From an uncultured Gemmatimonadales bacterium (GTDB lineage Bacteria > Gemmatimonadota > Gemmatimonadetes > Palauibacterales > Palauibacteraceae): 64,000 nt of DNA. The position numbers and the translations under genes were made by a program. The stretch is taken from the NCBI GenBank assembly GCA_963783385.1, contig CAWANJ010000007.1, positions 258,792-322,791 on the forward strand. Reading direction: 5' to 3'. The notes under the pieces were generated by a model. It was given only the letters and a program-made list of their open reading frames with translations, was not told the origin of the DNA and did not search any database. Shown piece after piece: positions 51,945 through 62,578 of this stretch; the first letter of the stretch is position 1, and each line of letters begins with the position of its first letter.

Positions 51945-53501
51945 CTGACCCTGGAATACGAGCTGCGAGAGTCATGGCCACCGCTCTCGTGGCTGGCCCG
52001 CCTTCAGGCCGGCAGGCCGCGGATCTCGGTCCTGCACGGCTCCGGTGTCGAAACGCGCTCGGACTGGTTCTGTGAGGCGGTTTGGGACGGCGACTTCGCC
52101 TCCGGCGATTTCGACAGGACGGACGTGGTATTCGGCTCCGGGGCCCGACGTCGTGGTCGCAGCTCGGTGTTCGTTTCGTCCTGCGCCACGGTGGATCGCC
52201 TGCAGTACCTGGAGCTGGATGGTTCGATCCTGGTCTCGAACTCGCTCGCCTGTCTGCTCGCGGCCGCGGGTGGACGGCTGAATCCGACCTACCCCGACTA
52301 CATGGTGACCCTTCGCTCGATCATGAAGGGACTCGAGCACTACGAGAGGACCCTGCCGAGCAACCGCGGGCCTGTGCAGTTGAGCTACTGCGAGAACCTG
52401 CGCTGGGATGGCGACGGGCTCCGTCCCGAGGCCAAGCCCTGGGGGTCCAGGGACTTCCGGACCTTCGAATCGTACATGGCCTTTCTCGACGAGACCCTGG
52501 GTCGAGTGGCCGACAATCTCTCGGCCGCCGATCGCTCCCATGAGTACCGGATGCTGGGCACGGTCTCGTCGGGTTACGACTCTCCCATGGTGACCGTGGT
52601 GGCGCGTCGGCACGGGCTCGATACCGCATTGTCGTTTCCGGAGGGACGGAAGCCGCTGCTCGGATCCGCGGAGCCACCACCCGAAGGCGGTGACCGGATA
52701 GGTGCCAGGCTGGGCGTGCGCGTCCTGGACGTTGCGCGCAATGCGTGGAAGCACGATGCCGACGCCGCCATTCCCTTTCTGGCGGGGGATGGAAACGGCC
52801 AGGAGGTACTGTTCAAGGGCGCCGAGCGTCATCTGGCGGGCACGGTACTGCTGACGGGCATGTCCGGGGATACAATGTGGGGCCGCCAGGCCAAGGGTGG
52901 GGACGGGATGCTGGCGAGAGGCGATCAGTCGGGACTGTCTCTGACCGAGTATCGGCTCCACGCCGGCTTCATTCACCTCCCACTGCCGTTCATCGGCGCG
53001 AACCAGGCAAGCGACCTCCGGACGCTCAGTAACTCACCCGAGCTCGCTGCCTGGAGCGTCGGCGGGTCGTACGATCGCCCCATCTGTCGGCGAGTCGTCG
53101 AGGAGGCGGGCATCGAACGGGAATCCTTCGGCATGTCGAAGGTGGCGGCCAGCGTGCGGTTCAGTCTGAGGGAGAATTTCTGGTCCGCCGGATTCAATGG
53201 GGAGTTCCTGGAGTGGCTGGCGGCCAGGAGGACACTCTGGTTGCGTCGAGGCCACCTTCCTCCGGCCTGGAAGAGCGCACTCGCCCGTCCGGTGCAGCAG
53301 TTGCTGACCGGCGCGGCGCACTGGCTCCACAGGTCGCGTCCGACCTGGGCGGGTGGCTACGTGGTCCGGCGCAGGCTCGAATACCTGGGAGGGAGGGAGC
53401 TGCTGTACAAGTACCTGTTTCCCTGGGCGGTCGAGCGCACGATCCAGCGCTACGAATCGCTGCCAGAGGCACGGGCGCACGAGGCTCGTTCGAGCGGATG
53501 A
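51945..53501 (+). CDS. Hypothetical protein with asparagine-synthase-like PP-loop domain
   Basis: Frame of ORF 52125 is open back to 51891. VSSGYDS, LLTGMSGD and LPFI mirror AsnB synthetase motifs. Start uncertain (CTG at 51945 after GAGGT). Confidence 0.6.
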   Translation: MTLEYELRESWPPLSWLARLQAGRPRISVLHGSGVETRSDWFCEAVWDGDFASGDFDRTDVVFGSGARRRGRSSVFVSSCATVDRLQYLELDGSILVSNSLACLLAAAGGRLNPTYPDYMVTLRSIMKGLEHYERTLPSNRGPVQLSYCENLRWDGDGLRPEAKPWGSRDFRTFESYMAFLDETLGRVADNLSAADRSHEYRMLGTVSSGYDSPMVTVVARRHGLDTALSFPEGRKPLLGSAEPPPEGGDRIGARLGVRVLDVARNAWKHDADAAIPFLAGDGNGQEVLFKGAERHLAGTVLLTGMSGDTMWGRQAKGGDGMLARGDQSGLSLTEYRLHAGFIHLPLPFIGANQASDLRTLSNSPELAAWSVGGSYDRPICRRVVEEAGIERESFGMSKVAASVRFSLRENFWSAGFNGEFLEWLAARRTLWLRRGHLPPAWKSALARPVQQLLTGAAHWLHRSRPTWAGGYVVRRRLEYLGGRELLYKYLFPWAVERTIQRYESLPEARAHEARSSG

Positions 53502-54748
53502 AGGTCCTCCTGGTGTCGGACATGTATGCGCGGCCAGACCGCGCGATCTCCGCGACGTTCTTCCACAGGCAGGCGCTGGAGGTGACGCGACTGGGCGTCG
53601 AGGTCCGCGTCCTCTGTCCCCTGCCTGCCTTCCCCGGGCCATCGGGGATCGGACGCATCGGCCCTTCGGCCGCTGTACGTTACGACCTCAATGGCATCGC
53701 CGTGACACGCGTCATGTTTCCCAAGCCGCTGCCGTTCGGTCCGGCCGCACGCCTGGGCGGCTATCTGTTGGAACGCACACTACGGCGACAGATCGCGGTC
53801 ATCCGACAGGGGTTCGACTTCGATCTCATCCATGGCATTCGGCTGTTTCCCATGGTCTCCTCTCTGCTGCCGATCGCGGCGGAGGTGGGCCGACCCTTGC
53901 TCGGGCTGGCCATTGGATCCGATGTGCACACCCACCCGTATCGGAGTCGAGGCATACGTCGGCTGACGCGGCGTGCCATAGAGAAGAGCGACCGCGTCGC
54001 GGCCGTGAGCCGGGCGTTGGCGAGGGAGATGCTCGAGCTGGGCGAGCCCCGTCGGGCCATCCGGACCATCTACAACGGCGTGGACACGGAGCAGTTCGCT
54101 CCTGCCGTGGAGCAGAAGTCCACCCTGAGGGCCGAGCTCGGGTTGCCGGCTCGAGGACCCGGGATCTGCACGGTGTGCAGGGTGGAGAGAGAGAAGGGGC
54201 TTCGGGAGCTCGGCGAGGCCTTCGAACGATTGACGGTGGCTCATCCCGAGGCGTGGCTGGTCGTCGTGGGGGACGGATCGTATCGGTCGGAATTCGAGAG
54301 GTGGGTGGAATCACGGGGGCTGGCCTCGCGCGTCTTCCTGCCGGGGGCGTGCCCGCACGGTGAGATACCCCGGTGGCTGAACGCAACGGACGTATTCGTC
54401 CTCGCGAGCCACAACGAGGGCCTGCCCAACGTCGTGCTCGAGGCCATGGCGTGTGGTCTGCCCGTCGTGGCGACCGATGTCGGGGGAACGGGAGAGGCGG
54501 TGATCGAGGGACGGACCGGACTCCTGGTACCGGCCGCCGAAGTGGAGCCGCTGACGAGATGCCTGGAGCGTGTCGTTGCCGATGGAGCGGTTCGAGAGCG
54601 ACTGGGTTCCGCTTCGCGCGCCCGGGCCGTCGAGACGTTCGGCTGGCGCGGGAGCGCGGAGAGCCTCATCGAACTGTACCATGAGACGGTGGTGGACCAC
54701 CGGTCGGGTACGCACCGCCGGGCGGCCCGTCGCGAGGATCGGTCATGA
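53498..54748 (+). CDS. Glycosyltransferase family 4 (TuaC-like)
   Basis: GSDVH, YNGVD, EKGL, SHNEGLPNVVLEAMACG. Confidence 0.9.
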   Translation: MKVLLVSDMYARPDRAISATFFHRQALEVTRLGVEVRVLCPLPAFPGPSGIGRIGPSAAVRYDLNGIAVTRVMFPKPLPFGPAARLGGYLLERTLRRQIAVIRQGFDFDLIHGIRLFPMVSSLLPIAAEVGRPLLGLAIGSDVHTHPYRSRGIRRLTRRAIEKSDRVAAVSRALAREMLELGEPRRAIRTIYNGVDTEQFAPAVEQKSTLRAELGLPARGPGICTVCRVEREKGLRELGEAFERLTVAHPEAWLVVVGDGSYRSEFERWVESRGLASRVFLPGACPHGEIPRWLNATDVFVLASHNEGLPNVVLEAMACGLPVVATDVGGTGEAVIEGRTGLLVPAAEVEPLTRCLERVVADGAVRERLGSASRARAVETFGWRGSAESLIELYHETVVDHRSGTHRRAARREDRS

Positions 54749-54776
54749 GTGGCAGCGGTCCGGATGGGGGGCGTCC

Positions 54777-56024
54777 ATGGTGAGCTCGGAGGCCAGACAT
54801 CGGAAGCCCCATTTCATCTACATGGCGGAGACGGATCTGTCCGTCGACAACGGCCCTGGCATCAACGAACGGGAGTTCGTCAATGTCGTGACCCGGAACT
54901 GGCCGGAAGAGGTCGCCTGCGTGGCGCCGACACCGCTGTATCCCGACAATTACCTGAATCCCGCGGTTCACTACGTGGCCAGCCACGCTCGGAAGGCGGC
55001 GGCCTATCCCCGGTACCTCGTTTCCGCGGTCCGGACGGTGCGCCGGATCGCGCGGGAGCATGGGACAGCGGCGATCGCGTTTCGCTTCGGGGCCACGCCC
55101 GTGTTGCCCTATCTGTTCAGCCGCATGCGCGGGTCGCGGGTGCTGCTCAAGACCTTCGCGCCGCACGCGGCGCTCGGACCCCAAATGAAGCTGGGGCCCA
55201 TCCGAGGCTTTCTGGGAGGACTCCTCAAGCCCGCGTACCGCACCGTGGTCCGCTCGGCGCTGGCGGCCGACACGGTCAGCGCGGCCTATCGGGACTGGAT
55301 CTGCGATCGTTACGAGATCGACCGCGAGCGGATCGCGGTGATTCCCAACGGCGCCAACACGGAGCTGTTCACGCCGGGCGACGTGACGACCAGTCGCCGC
55401 GCTCTGGGACTGGAGCAGTTCGACTGCGTGGTGGGCTACGTGGGAACCCTGAACTCGATCCGGTATCTGGATCTGTTGATCCGCTGCGTCAATCGTCTTC
55501 AGGGGGAGGGAAGGACAGCTCTAGTGCTCGTCGGAGACGGACCGGAACGCGGACCTCTGGAGAGCCTGGCCCGGGACCTCAATGTCGCCGACCGCGTCGT
55601 ATTCGTGGGAAGCGTACCCTATACGGCGGTCCCCGAGTATGTCGTTGCCTTCGACGTCGCGGTGGACCTGACGAGTGTGGAAATGCAGATCGGCGGCCGA
55701 ACCGTCCTGTCTTCGTTCTCGCAGAAGATCCCGCAGTGCCTGGCGTGCGGGGTGCCGGTGGTGGCCTGGCGTTGTTCGGACACCGAGTACCTGCTCGAGG
55801 AGGATGTCGGCAAGGTGGCGGCGTTCCGGGACGAAGCTGAGCTGACCGGGGCGCTGCAGAGCCTCCTGGGGCGAAGCGCGCACGAACGGGCCGTCATGGG
55901 AGCCAGGGCCCGGACGGTGGTGGAAGCGCGCCTCTCGGCCGTCCGGGTGGCCGAGCAGCGCCTGGACTGGTGGCGCGCATCGGTCACCCCTTCGGGAGGC
56001 CCGATTCGAGAGGCACAATCATGA
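54777..56024 (+). CDS. Glycosyltransferase family 4
   Basis: IPNGAN, YVGTL, VGDGPER, KIPQCLACGVPVV. Confidence 0.82.
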   Translation: MVSSEARHRKPHFIYMAETDLSVDNGPGINEREFVNVVTRNWPEEVACVAPTPLYPDNYLNPAVHYVASHARKAAAYPRYLVSAVRTVRRIAREHGTAAIAFRFGATPVLPYLFSRMRGSRVLLKTFAPHAALGPQMKLGPIRGFLGGLLKPAYRTVVRSALAADTVSAAYRDWICDRYEIDRERIAVIPNGANTELFTPGDVTTSRRALGLEQFDCVVGYVGTLNSIRYLDLLIRCVNRLQGEGRTALVLVGDGPERGPLESLARDLNVADRVVFVGSVPYTAVPEYVVAFDVAVDLTSVEMQIGGRTVLSSFSQKIPQCLACGVPVVAWRCSDTEYLLEEDVGKVAAFRDEAELTGALQSLLGRSAHERAVMGARARTVVEARLSAVRVAEQRLDWWRASVTPSGGPIREAQS

Positions 56025-57135
56025 GGCGCTCCGACGGGTCTCGGAAGTCGGTGGTGAGCGTGGTCGGCGCTCGCCCACAGTTCATTAAGATGGCCGTCGT
56101 CGATCGTGCACTTGCCCAGGAGCAGACGCTCGAACACGTCATCGTGCATACCGGCCAGCACTATGACGACAACATGTCTCGAACGTTCTTCACGGAGCTC
56201 GAGATCCCGGCTCCCGACGCGAACCTCGAGGTGGGCTCCGGGAGCCACGGCGCCCAGACGGCGGCGATGCTCGAACGTCTCGAGGCGTTCTTCGGGAACG
56301 CGGATCCGGCACTCGTGCTCGTCTACGGCGACACGAACTCGACGCTGGCCGGAGCTCTGGCGGCGGCCAAGCTGCACCTAGCGGTGGCACACGTGGAGAG
56401 TGGATTGCGGTCGTTCAACCGCGCTATGCCGGAGGAGATCAACCGGGTGGTCACGGACCACCTGTCGGACATCCTGTTCGCGCCGACGGAGACGGCCGTG
56501 AGGAATCTCCGCGCGGAAGGCCTGAAGGATCGAGTAGTCCACCGCGTCGGTGACGTGATGTACGATGCGGCGCTCTTCTACGCGGATAAGAGCGGGACGA
56601 CGTAGCCGCGTTCTCGAGAGACTGGCTCTTGAAGCGGGCCGGTACGTGCTCGCCACCGTTCACCGGGCGGAGAACACGGACCGCAGCGACCGACTGGTGT
56701 CCATCATGGAGGGACTCGGGCGCGTCGCGGCCACACTCCCGGTCGTTATTCCGCTGCATCCCCGCACTCGGGCCGCTTGTCGGGACGCCCGGGTCGACCC
56801 TTCGGCAATGGGCTTGACCGTGATCGAGCCGGTTGGCTACCTCGATATGGTGGTCCTCGAGCGCAACGCCAGGGTGATCGCGACCGACTCCGGAGGAGTC
56901 CAGAAGGAAGCCTACTTTCACGGGGTTCCCTGCGTGACCCTCCGGGACGAGACGGAGTGGGTCGAGCTCATCGACGAGGGGCGTGAACGTCCTGGTGGGA
57001 GCCGAATCGGCGCGATAGCTGCGGCGATCTTGGATCGCCCACCGGTCGGGTCCGGGTCGAGCGGACTCTACGGGGCGAGGTGACGCGGCGGACCGCATCG
57101 TCTCGATCCTGAGGCGCTCAACCGCCACGACCTGA
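56021..57135 (+). CDS. wecB: UDP-GlcNAc 2-epimerase (non-hydrolysing), frameshifted
   Basis: VGARPQFIK, HTGQHYD, YGDTNST, HVESGLRS, PEEINR, TVHRAEN, TDSGGVQKEA across ORFs 55970 and 56565. Confidence 0.9.
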
Positions 57136-57156
57136 GCCAGGCCGGACCGAAGTGGC

Positions 57157-57192
57157 AGGAGCCCGCGGATCCAACTGGATCTGCGGGCTCCT
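57157..57192. terminator. Strong hairpin between convergent genes (probable bidirectional terminator)
   Basis: aggagcccgcggatcc-aact-ggatctgcgggctcct: 16-bp stem with one G-U pair. U-tract is weak. Confidence 0.65.
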
Positions 57193-57237
57193 CTTCATTG
57201 CGCCGACGTACGAGGTAGTTCGGGACGCGGATCATGT

Positions 57238-59570
57238 CTAGCGGGGCGAACGGCCGCTCAAGAATTCCTCAAGGTTGCTGTAGCCGTCCCCATTGTAGTC
57301 CGCTGCCGCATCGGCGGCGTTGTTGGGGTTGAGGCCGTAACGAGTCTCGAACGCGTCCGGCATCCCGTCGTGATCCGAGTCGGCACAGGGTGTTCCCGGA
57401 GGAATCGTCGGGAAGCCACCGACCACTCCTTCGTTGGCGGGCGCCCGGCTGGGTCCGGTCGCGTTGATCACGTCTGAGACGACCCTCTGATCGACCGGGT
57501 CACTGTTGGAGACCCAGTCGCCGTTGCAGTCGAGGCGTGCATTGGCTCCGACGTCGTTGATGACCGAGCGGTAGGCGTCCGTCGCAAGGTCCACATGAAT
57601 CGGGATCGGTCGCGGCAGGCAAAGGTGTATCCCGTCGCGCCGAACTCGGGAGGGTGTCCCGCCGTGCTCACCGTAACCGTCGCAACGGTAGTAGCAGGCT
57701 ACGACCCGAGTGCGGCCCAGCCCATTGCGCGTCCGGATCCGGCGCATAGGGTCGGAGTTGTGGGGTCCGACGTTGCCGGTCACGTAGTAGGACGGATGCC
57801 GGCGCCGAATCGATGGTCATGAAGTCGTGACCTCGTAGTCGTATGCACCGGTCATCGGACCACGCCTTGTAGTAGTTCCCGATCCAGTCCGTAACCGCCA
57901 TGTGTTCGCCCTGACCCGCGCCCTGGTCCCAGTTGTAGATCACGTTGTTGACGACCTTGAGTCCGCTCGTGATGCCGTTGGGATTCCGGTGATCGTTGTT
58001 GGCGAAGAGATTGTGATGAACGTCGATGTTGTTGATCGGCGCGTTGATCCTGTCGTCGACGCGCTGATCTGCATCGCCGTCGGGATGATCCGCCAGGATC
58101 TCGCTTAGGATCGAACGTCTGGACCGTGATGTTGGTGACGATCGGGCTCCAGTTGCATCGGGTACTTAGTGATAGCCAGAGTCTTGTCGTTGGCCCAGCT
58201 TAGGAGAGGTGGTCGAGGATGACACGCTCGCCGCTTCCGACCAGGATGTTGAGGCTGCCGACATAGTCGATCGGTATAGCCGGCTACGGAAGTCGCAGGT
58301 ACCGGATCGCGACATCCGTCGTCGTTGACCCTTGAACCAAAAGCGCCTTGCCGGGCGTCGCTGCGGACCGTGATGCCGCCACCGGGTGCGGTCTGACCGG
58401 CGATGTAGAGACACTGCTTGTTGGGATCAGCGATGTCGGACGCCAGGTGAATGTAGCCCGGCCACATCGGAAGACGATCACGGAAGGCGTTGTTGTCGAG
58501 CCTGGGCGACCGCATCCCGCAGGCTCCCGCTTCCGGAGTCCTGCAGGTTGGTGACGTGCAGCACCTGCAGGTTCGAGCGGTCACACTGGCTGAGGGCCGT
58601 GGCGCCGTAGCCTTCGGCTCCGGGGAAGGCGGCGAGGACGCCGCCCGGGGCGGAGCTCACCGGCGGATCCGGAATCACCGTGACGGTCGCCTTGCCGGTC
58701 TGTCCGGCCGCCGTGGCGCTGATGGTGGCCGTGCCCTGGGCGACGCCGGTGACCTTGCCGGAGTCGTCGACGGTGGCGACAGAGGTGGCGGAGGAGGACC
58801 AGCTGACGCTCACGCCCGAGACCGGGTTGCCGCTGGCGTCCAGGGGCGTGGCGGTGAGCTGGACCGAGCTTCCCACCTGCAACGTGTCCGCGGACGGCTG
58901 GACCCTCACGCTGGCGATCTGGACCTGCTGGCTGGAGGCCGCCTCGACGGTGATCGAGGAGCTGGCGGTCAGGCCCTGCACGTCGGCGGTGATCGTGGCC
59001 GAGCCGGCGCTCTGTCCCGTGACCAGACCGCTGTCCACGGTCGCGACCGATGTCGCCGAGGATGACCAGTTGAAGGTGACCCCCGAGACCGGCTGGCCCG
59101 CACCATCGGTGACCTCGGCGTCCAGGCGGACGGTGCCGCCGGGGGCCAGCGTATCGGCCTGAGGCGTCAGGGTCAGCGTGACGGTACCCGAGCCCTTCTT
59201 CACGTTGACCTTGGAGTGGCCACTCTTGCCGCCGCTCGAGGCCGTGATGGTCGTCGAACCCGCCTTCTTGCCCTTGGCCTTGCCTCGTTGTAGAGCGACA
59301 CGACGCTCGTATCGCCCACGGCCCACGAGATCGAGGCGTCCGGGATCGGGTTGCCCTGGTCGTCCAGGGCCGTGGCCGTGAGGTCCACGGTGTCCTGGAC
59401 GCCCAGCGAGACGCTCTGCGGCTTGACGACGACCTGGGCGACCGACGGACTCGCCGAGGGCGGCGGGTCGGCCGGTCCCATCACGGGAGGGGTGCCGCAG
59501 CCGGCCAGCGCCAGGAGGACGGCCGCGCAGGTCACGCCCGCGGCCGCGATGCGTCGAAGGTGGCCCTCAT
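57238..59570 (-). CDS. Lipoprotein with Big_2 Ig-like domains and PL1-type pectate lyase domain (heavily frameshifted)
   Basis: LLALAGC lipobox; three Big_2-like repeats (WSSSATSVATVD); AFPGAEGYGA, VTNLQDSGSGSLRDAV, IVFR, IAGQTAPGGGI, SWANDK, and C-terminal DSDHDGMPDAFE...GYSNLEEFL. Confidence 0.8.
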
Positions 59571-60410
59571 GCTGCCTCGGTGGGAAGGGAGAGGTCCGCG
59601 GAGACGCGGAATCACGAGTGTGGCAATATAGAGAGGGGGGGCATCGCCCGCCCCGGTTGAGATCGAACATGGCGTTCACGCACCCTGCTTAGGGGATCGA
59701 CGGGCCGCCTAACCGCGGCCACGTGTCGGTCGTCCACTGCAGGGGTCGGCCAAGTCCGGCTGTCCGCTTGGGCGGACGGCGCGGTCTCACCCGGGGCCCC
59801 GCGTTCCACTGGCGATCCGACCGGCATGGCGTCGGGGTCCTGATTCGACCCTCGAGCTGTAGCCTCGTGACTTTGCGTCCCCGGCTTTCGCGCGGGTTTG
59901 CCTTGAGATCAGTGGACGACGAACTGCTTGGTTCTAAACGGATCCTCAAGCGAGTCGCGTACCCGGACATCTTTCGTTGTACCACAAGGACTTAGGGCGG
60001 CATTGCACCTTTCTTCACATGAAGAGATTGCCGAGGATGCTACTTCTTGGCGTGTCCGTCGTGGTTGGGGGGGGCGGATCGCGCTGATTCCGACATGATC
60101 GACGGAGAGACACCTGAGTGTACGTCCTGGCAACCTGGAGCTGCTGGTCAGAGCGCATTCATGTTGGGCCTGCTTCGTACGACATTGATGCGGACCCCTC
60201 GGGAGAGCGGCCGGAGCGCTCACGATCGGCCGAGGTGGCCCCTGACCGGCTCTTTCGGGCTCTCCGTTTGCTCTTGCCGAGCGGATTACGCCGCTCTACC
60301 CTGCCATTGAATCGCCTGCCTCGTAGGCAGGAGGCCGCTTGAGATTCCCATCCCGTTTCGGGCAGGCCATGTTCATCTCCAGCACTTCCCCTAGCCAGTG
60401 GTAGATCATC

Positions 60411-62315
60411 GTGTGCGGAATCGCCGGAATGGTGTCACGTGGCCGAATCGATCCGGAACGCCTCGCTACCGTCGCAGCGATGACGGACATGCTTCGCCAC
60501 CGGGGACCCGACGACGGCGGCCTCTGGAGCGGTGAAAAGGTGGCCCTCGGTCATCGCCGTCTTTCCATCATCGACATCGCAGGCGGCCGACAGCCCATGA
60601 CCACGCCGGAAGGAAGACGCACGATCGTCTTCAACGGCGAGATCTACAACTTTCGGGAGCTTGCGTCGAAGCTCGAAGGGACGCAGCTACGGACGAAATC
60701 CGACACAGAAGTTCTGCTCCACTTCGCCGGGACCCATGATCTGGGATGGCTGGACGAGCTGAACGGCATGTTCGCTTTTGCGTTCTGGGACGAGGACACG
60801 CAAACGCTGCTGCTGGCGAGGGACCGGCTCGGGATCAAGCCGCTCTACTACTGCGCATGCGGCGACGACCTCCTCTTCGCGTCCGAGATCAAGGCGCTCT
60901 TCGCAGATCCTCGCGTTGAACGCCGCCTCAACGAGACCGTCGTGGGCGAGTACTTAGCGTACCGCAACGTCGCGGGCCCGGAGACCATGTTTGCGGGAAT
61001 CCGGGAAGTCCCGCCGGGGCATGCGCTGCTGGTCCCTGTCCACGGCGGGCGCACCAGACTGGAGCGCTGGTGGTCCGACATCGACCCCGATCCCGGCTGT
61101 CCGGTCGTTCCGCCACCTGCCCCCGGGCATCTTCAGGAGTGCCTGTGCGATGCGATCCGCTACCGCCTTATCGCCAATGTCCCCGTCGGCACCTACAACA
61201 GCGGCGGCGTTGATTCATCCCTGGTCAGCTTCTTCGTCAGGCAGCAGGCATCGGATGAGCTGCACACCTTCTCTGTCGGATTCTCGGAGGCGCCCTACGA
61301 CGAACGAGAGTTTGCCCGGCAGGTATCCGAGGTCATCGGAAGTACCCACCACAGCTTCGTCATGGATGCCGACCTGTTCGCCCGCAACCTGGAATCCGCA
61401 ATCTGGTGGCATGACGAGCCGCTCCATCATGCGCACACCGTTCCGCTCGTCCTGCTCAGCCGTGAAGCGAAGCGTCTGGTATCGGTCGTTCTGACCGGTG
61501 AAGGCGCCGACGAGCTGTTCGCCGGCTATCCACGCTATCAGATACCTCAGCTGGCCGCTGCGCTCGGCAGGTGTCCCGCGTGGTTGTGCAAGGGTCTCTA
61601 TGCCCTTTCCCGCGCCGCATCGAAACGAAGGCTCGCCAAGCTGCTGGCCTCCGTCCTGGATCACGAGAACAGCACGATCACCCAGGCACGTTTCGTCGAC
61701 GATGGAACGGTCGCAGCCCTGTGCGGGCCTTCCGTGGACACTGCGGGCGATCGACCGCGGATCCTGAAGGAACTGAAAGCGAAGCCCGGTCTCGAGACGG
61801 TGCTCGCATACGATCGTGCGACCTACATGCAGTCCCTCCTCCAACGACTCGACCGGTCCACCATGGCGAATGGCCTCGAAGCGAGGGTCCCGTTCCTCGA
61901 TCACCACTTGCTCGCTTGGAGCCGCCGGCTGCGGAGCCGTCAGAAGCAGTTGCCCGGGAGGGACAACAAACTGATCCTGAAGCGTCTTGCGCGCGCCTAC
62001 TTCCGGAGCGCCATCATCGACCGGCGGAAGCTGGGCTTTGACGTGCCGTTCGCGGACTGGATCCGCGAGAGGGGCCTCTTGCGCGAGCACTGCGACCTCT
62101 TGACTGACGCCACATTCGCCTCGCGCGGCTACTGCTCCCCCCGCACTGCGGCGCGGTTGGTCGACTCCCACCTGAAGATGGAAGCGGACCATGCGGACAT
62201 ACTCTGGCCACTGATCAATCTCGAGCTGTGGCTGCGGATGTTCATCGACGACCGCCCCCCAGCATTCCGGGGACGATCATGTATAGCGGCCGGGACGTCT
62301 CCATCGTCGTTCTGA
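60411..62315 (+). CDS. asnB: Second asparagine synthase-like amidotransferase
   Basis: (M)CGIAG, HRGPD, FNGEIYN, SGGVDSS, LTGEGADELFAGY, RVPFLD. Confidence 0.9.
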   Translation: MCGIAGMVSRGRIDPERLATVAAMTDMLRHRGPDDGGLWSGEKVALGHRRLSIIDIAGGRQPMTTPEGRRTIVFNGEIYNFRELASKLEGTQLRTKSDTEVLLHFAGTHDLGWLDELNGMFAFAFWDEDTQTLLLARDRLGIKPLYYCACGDDLLFASEIKALFADPRVERRLNETVVGEYLAYRNVAGPETMFAGIREVPPGHALLVPVHGGRTRLERWWSDIDPDPGCPVVPPPAPGHLQECLCDAIRYRLIANVPVGTYNSGGVDSSLVSFFVRQQASDELHTFSVGFSEAPYDEREFARQVSEVIGSTHHSFVMDADLFARNLESAIWWHDEPLHHAHTVPLVLLSREAKRLVSVVLTGEGADELFAGYPRYQIPQLAAALGRCPAWLCKGLYALSRAASKRRLAKLLASVLDHENSTITQARFVDDGTVAALCGPSVDTAGDRPRILKELKAKPGLETVLAYDRATYMQSLLQRLDRSTMANGLEARVPFLDHHLLAWSRRLRSRQKQLPGRDNKLILKRLARAYFRSAIIDRRKLGFDVPFADWIRERGLLREHCDLLTDATFASRGYCSPRTAARLVDSHLKMEADHADILWPLINLELWLRMFIDDRPPAFRGRSCIAAGTSPSSF

Positions 62316-62578
62316 GGTGCACCGCCTAACAAGCCAAAGCGGATTCGGAGACGGCGATTTGATGACTACAGACGCATGCTGTGTCAAGCTTGCCGTGCCG
62401 CGATCCACTCCAGAGATTCCGTCCTTACATTTGCAGGATCCTTCGATGTCTCGGTTCCGTCGTTGAGCGGACACTGGATGGAGGTTGGTCGCGTCCCAAT
62501 GCGTCGTCGACGTCTATACATTGTGAGGTGCTTTCATGAACCCGATTCGATCATGGCAGCCTGGCTGGCGGCCGGCGA

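Noticed and set aside
3767-59570. Many frameshifted genes (Ig proteins, lhgO, SGNH1, two GTs, wzy-like, wzc, wecB, lyase) as pseudogenes or programmed frameshifts
   Set aside because: The indels cluster in patches, motifs are intact on both sides and no consistent slippery sites were seen. Long-read consensus error is the simplest explanation; read polishing is needed to confirm.
62324-62468. GCCTAAC...GTTGAGC resembling an integron attC site (GCCTAAC also at ~59707)
   Set aside because: The core sites are not complementary, no L-box pairing is evident and no integrase is present.
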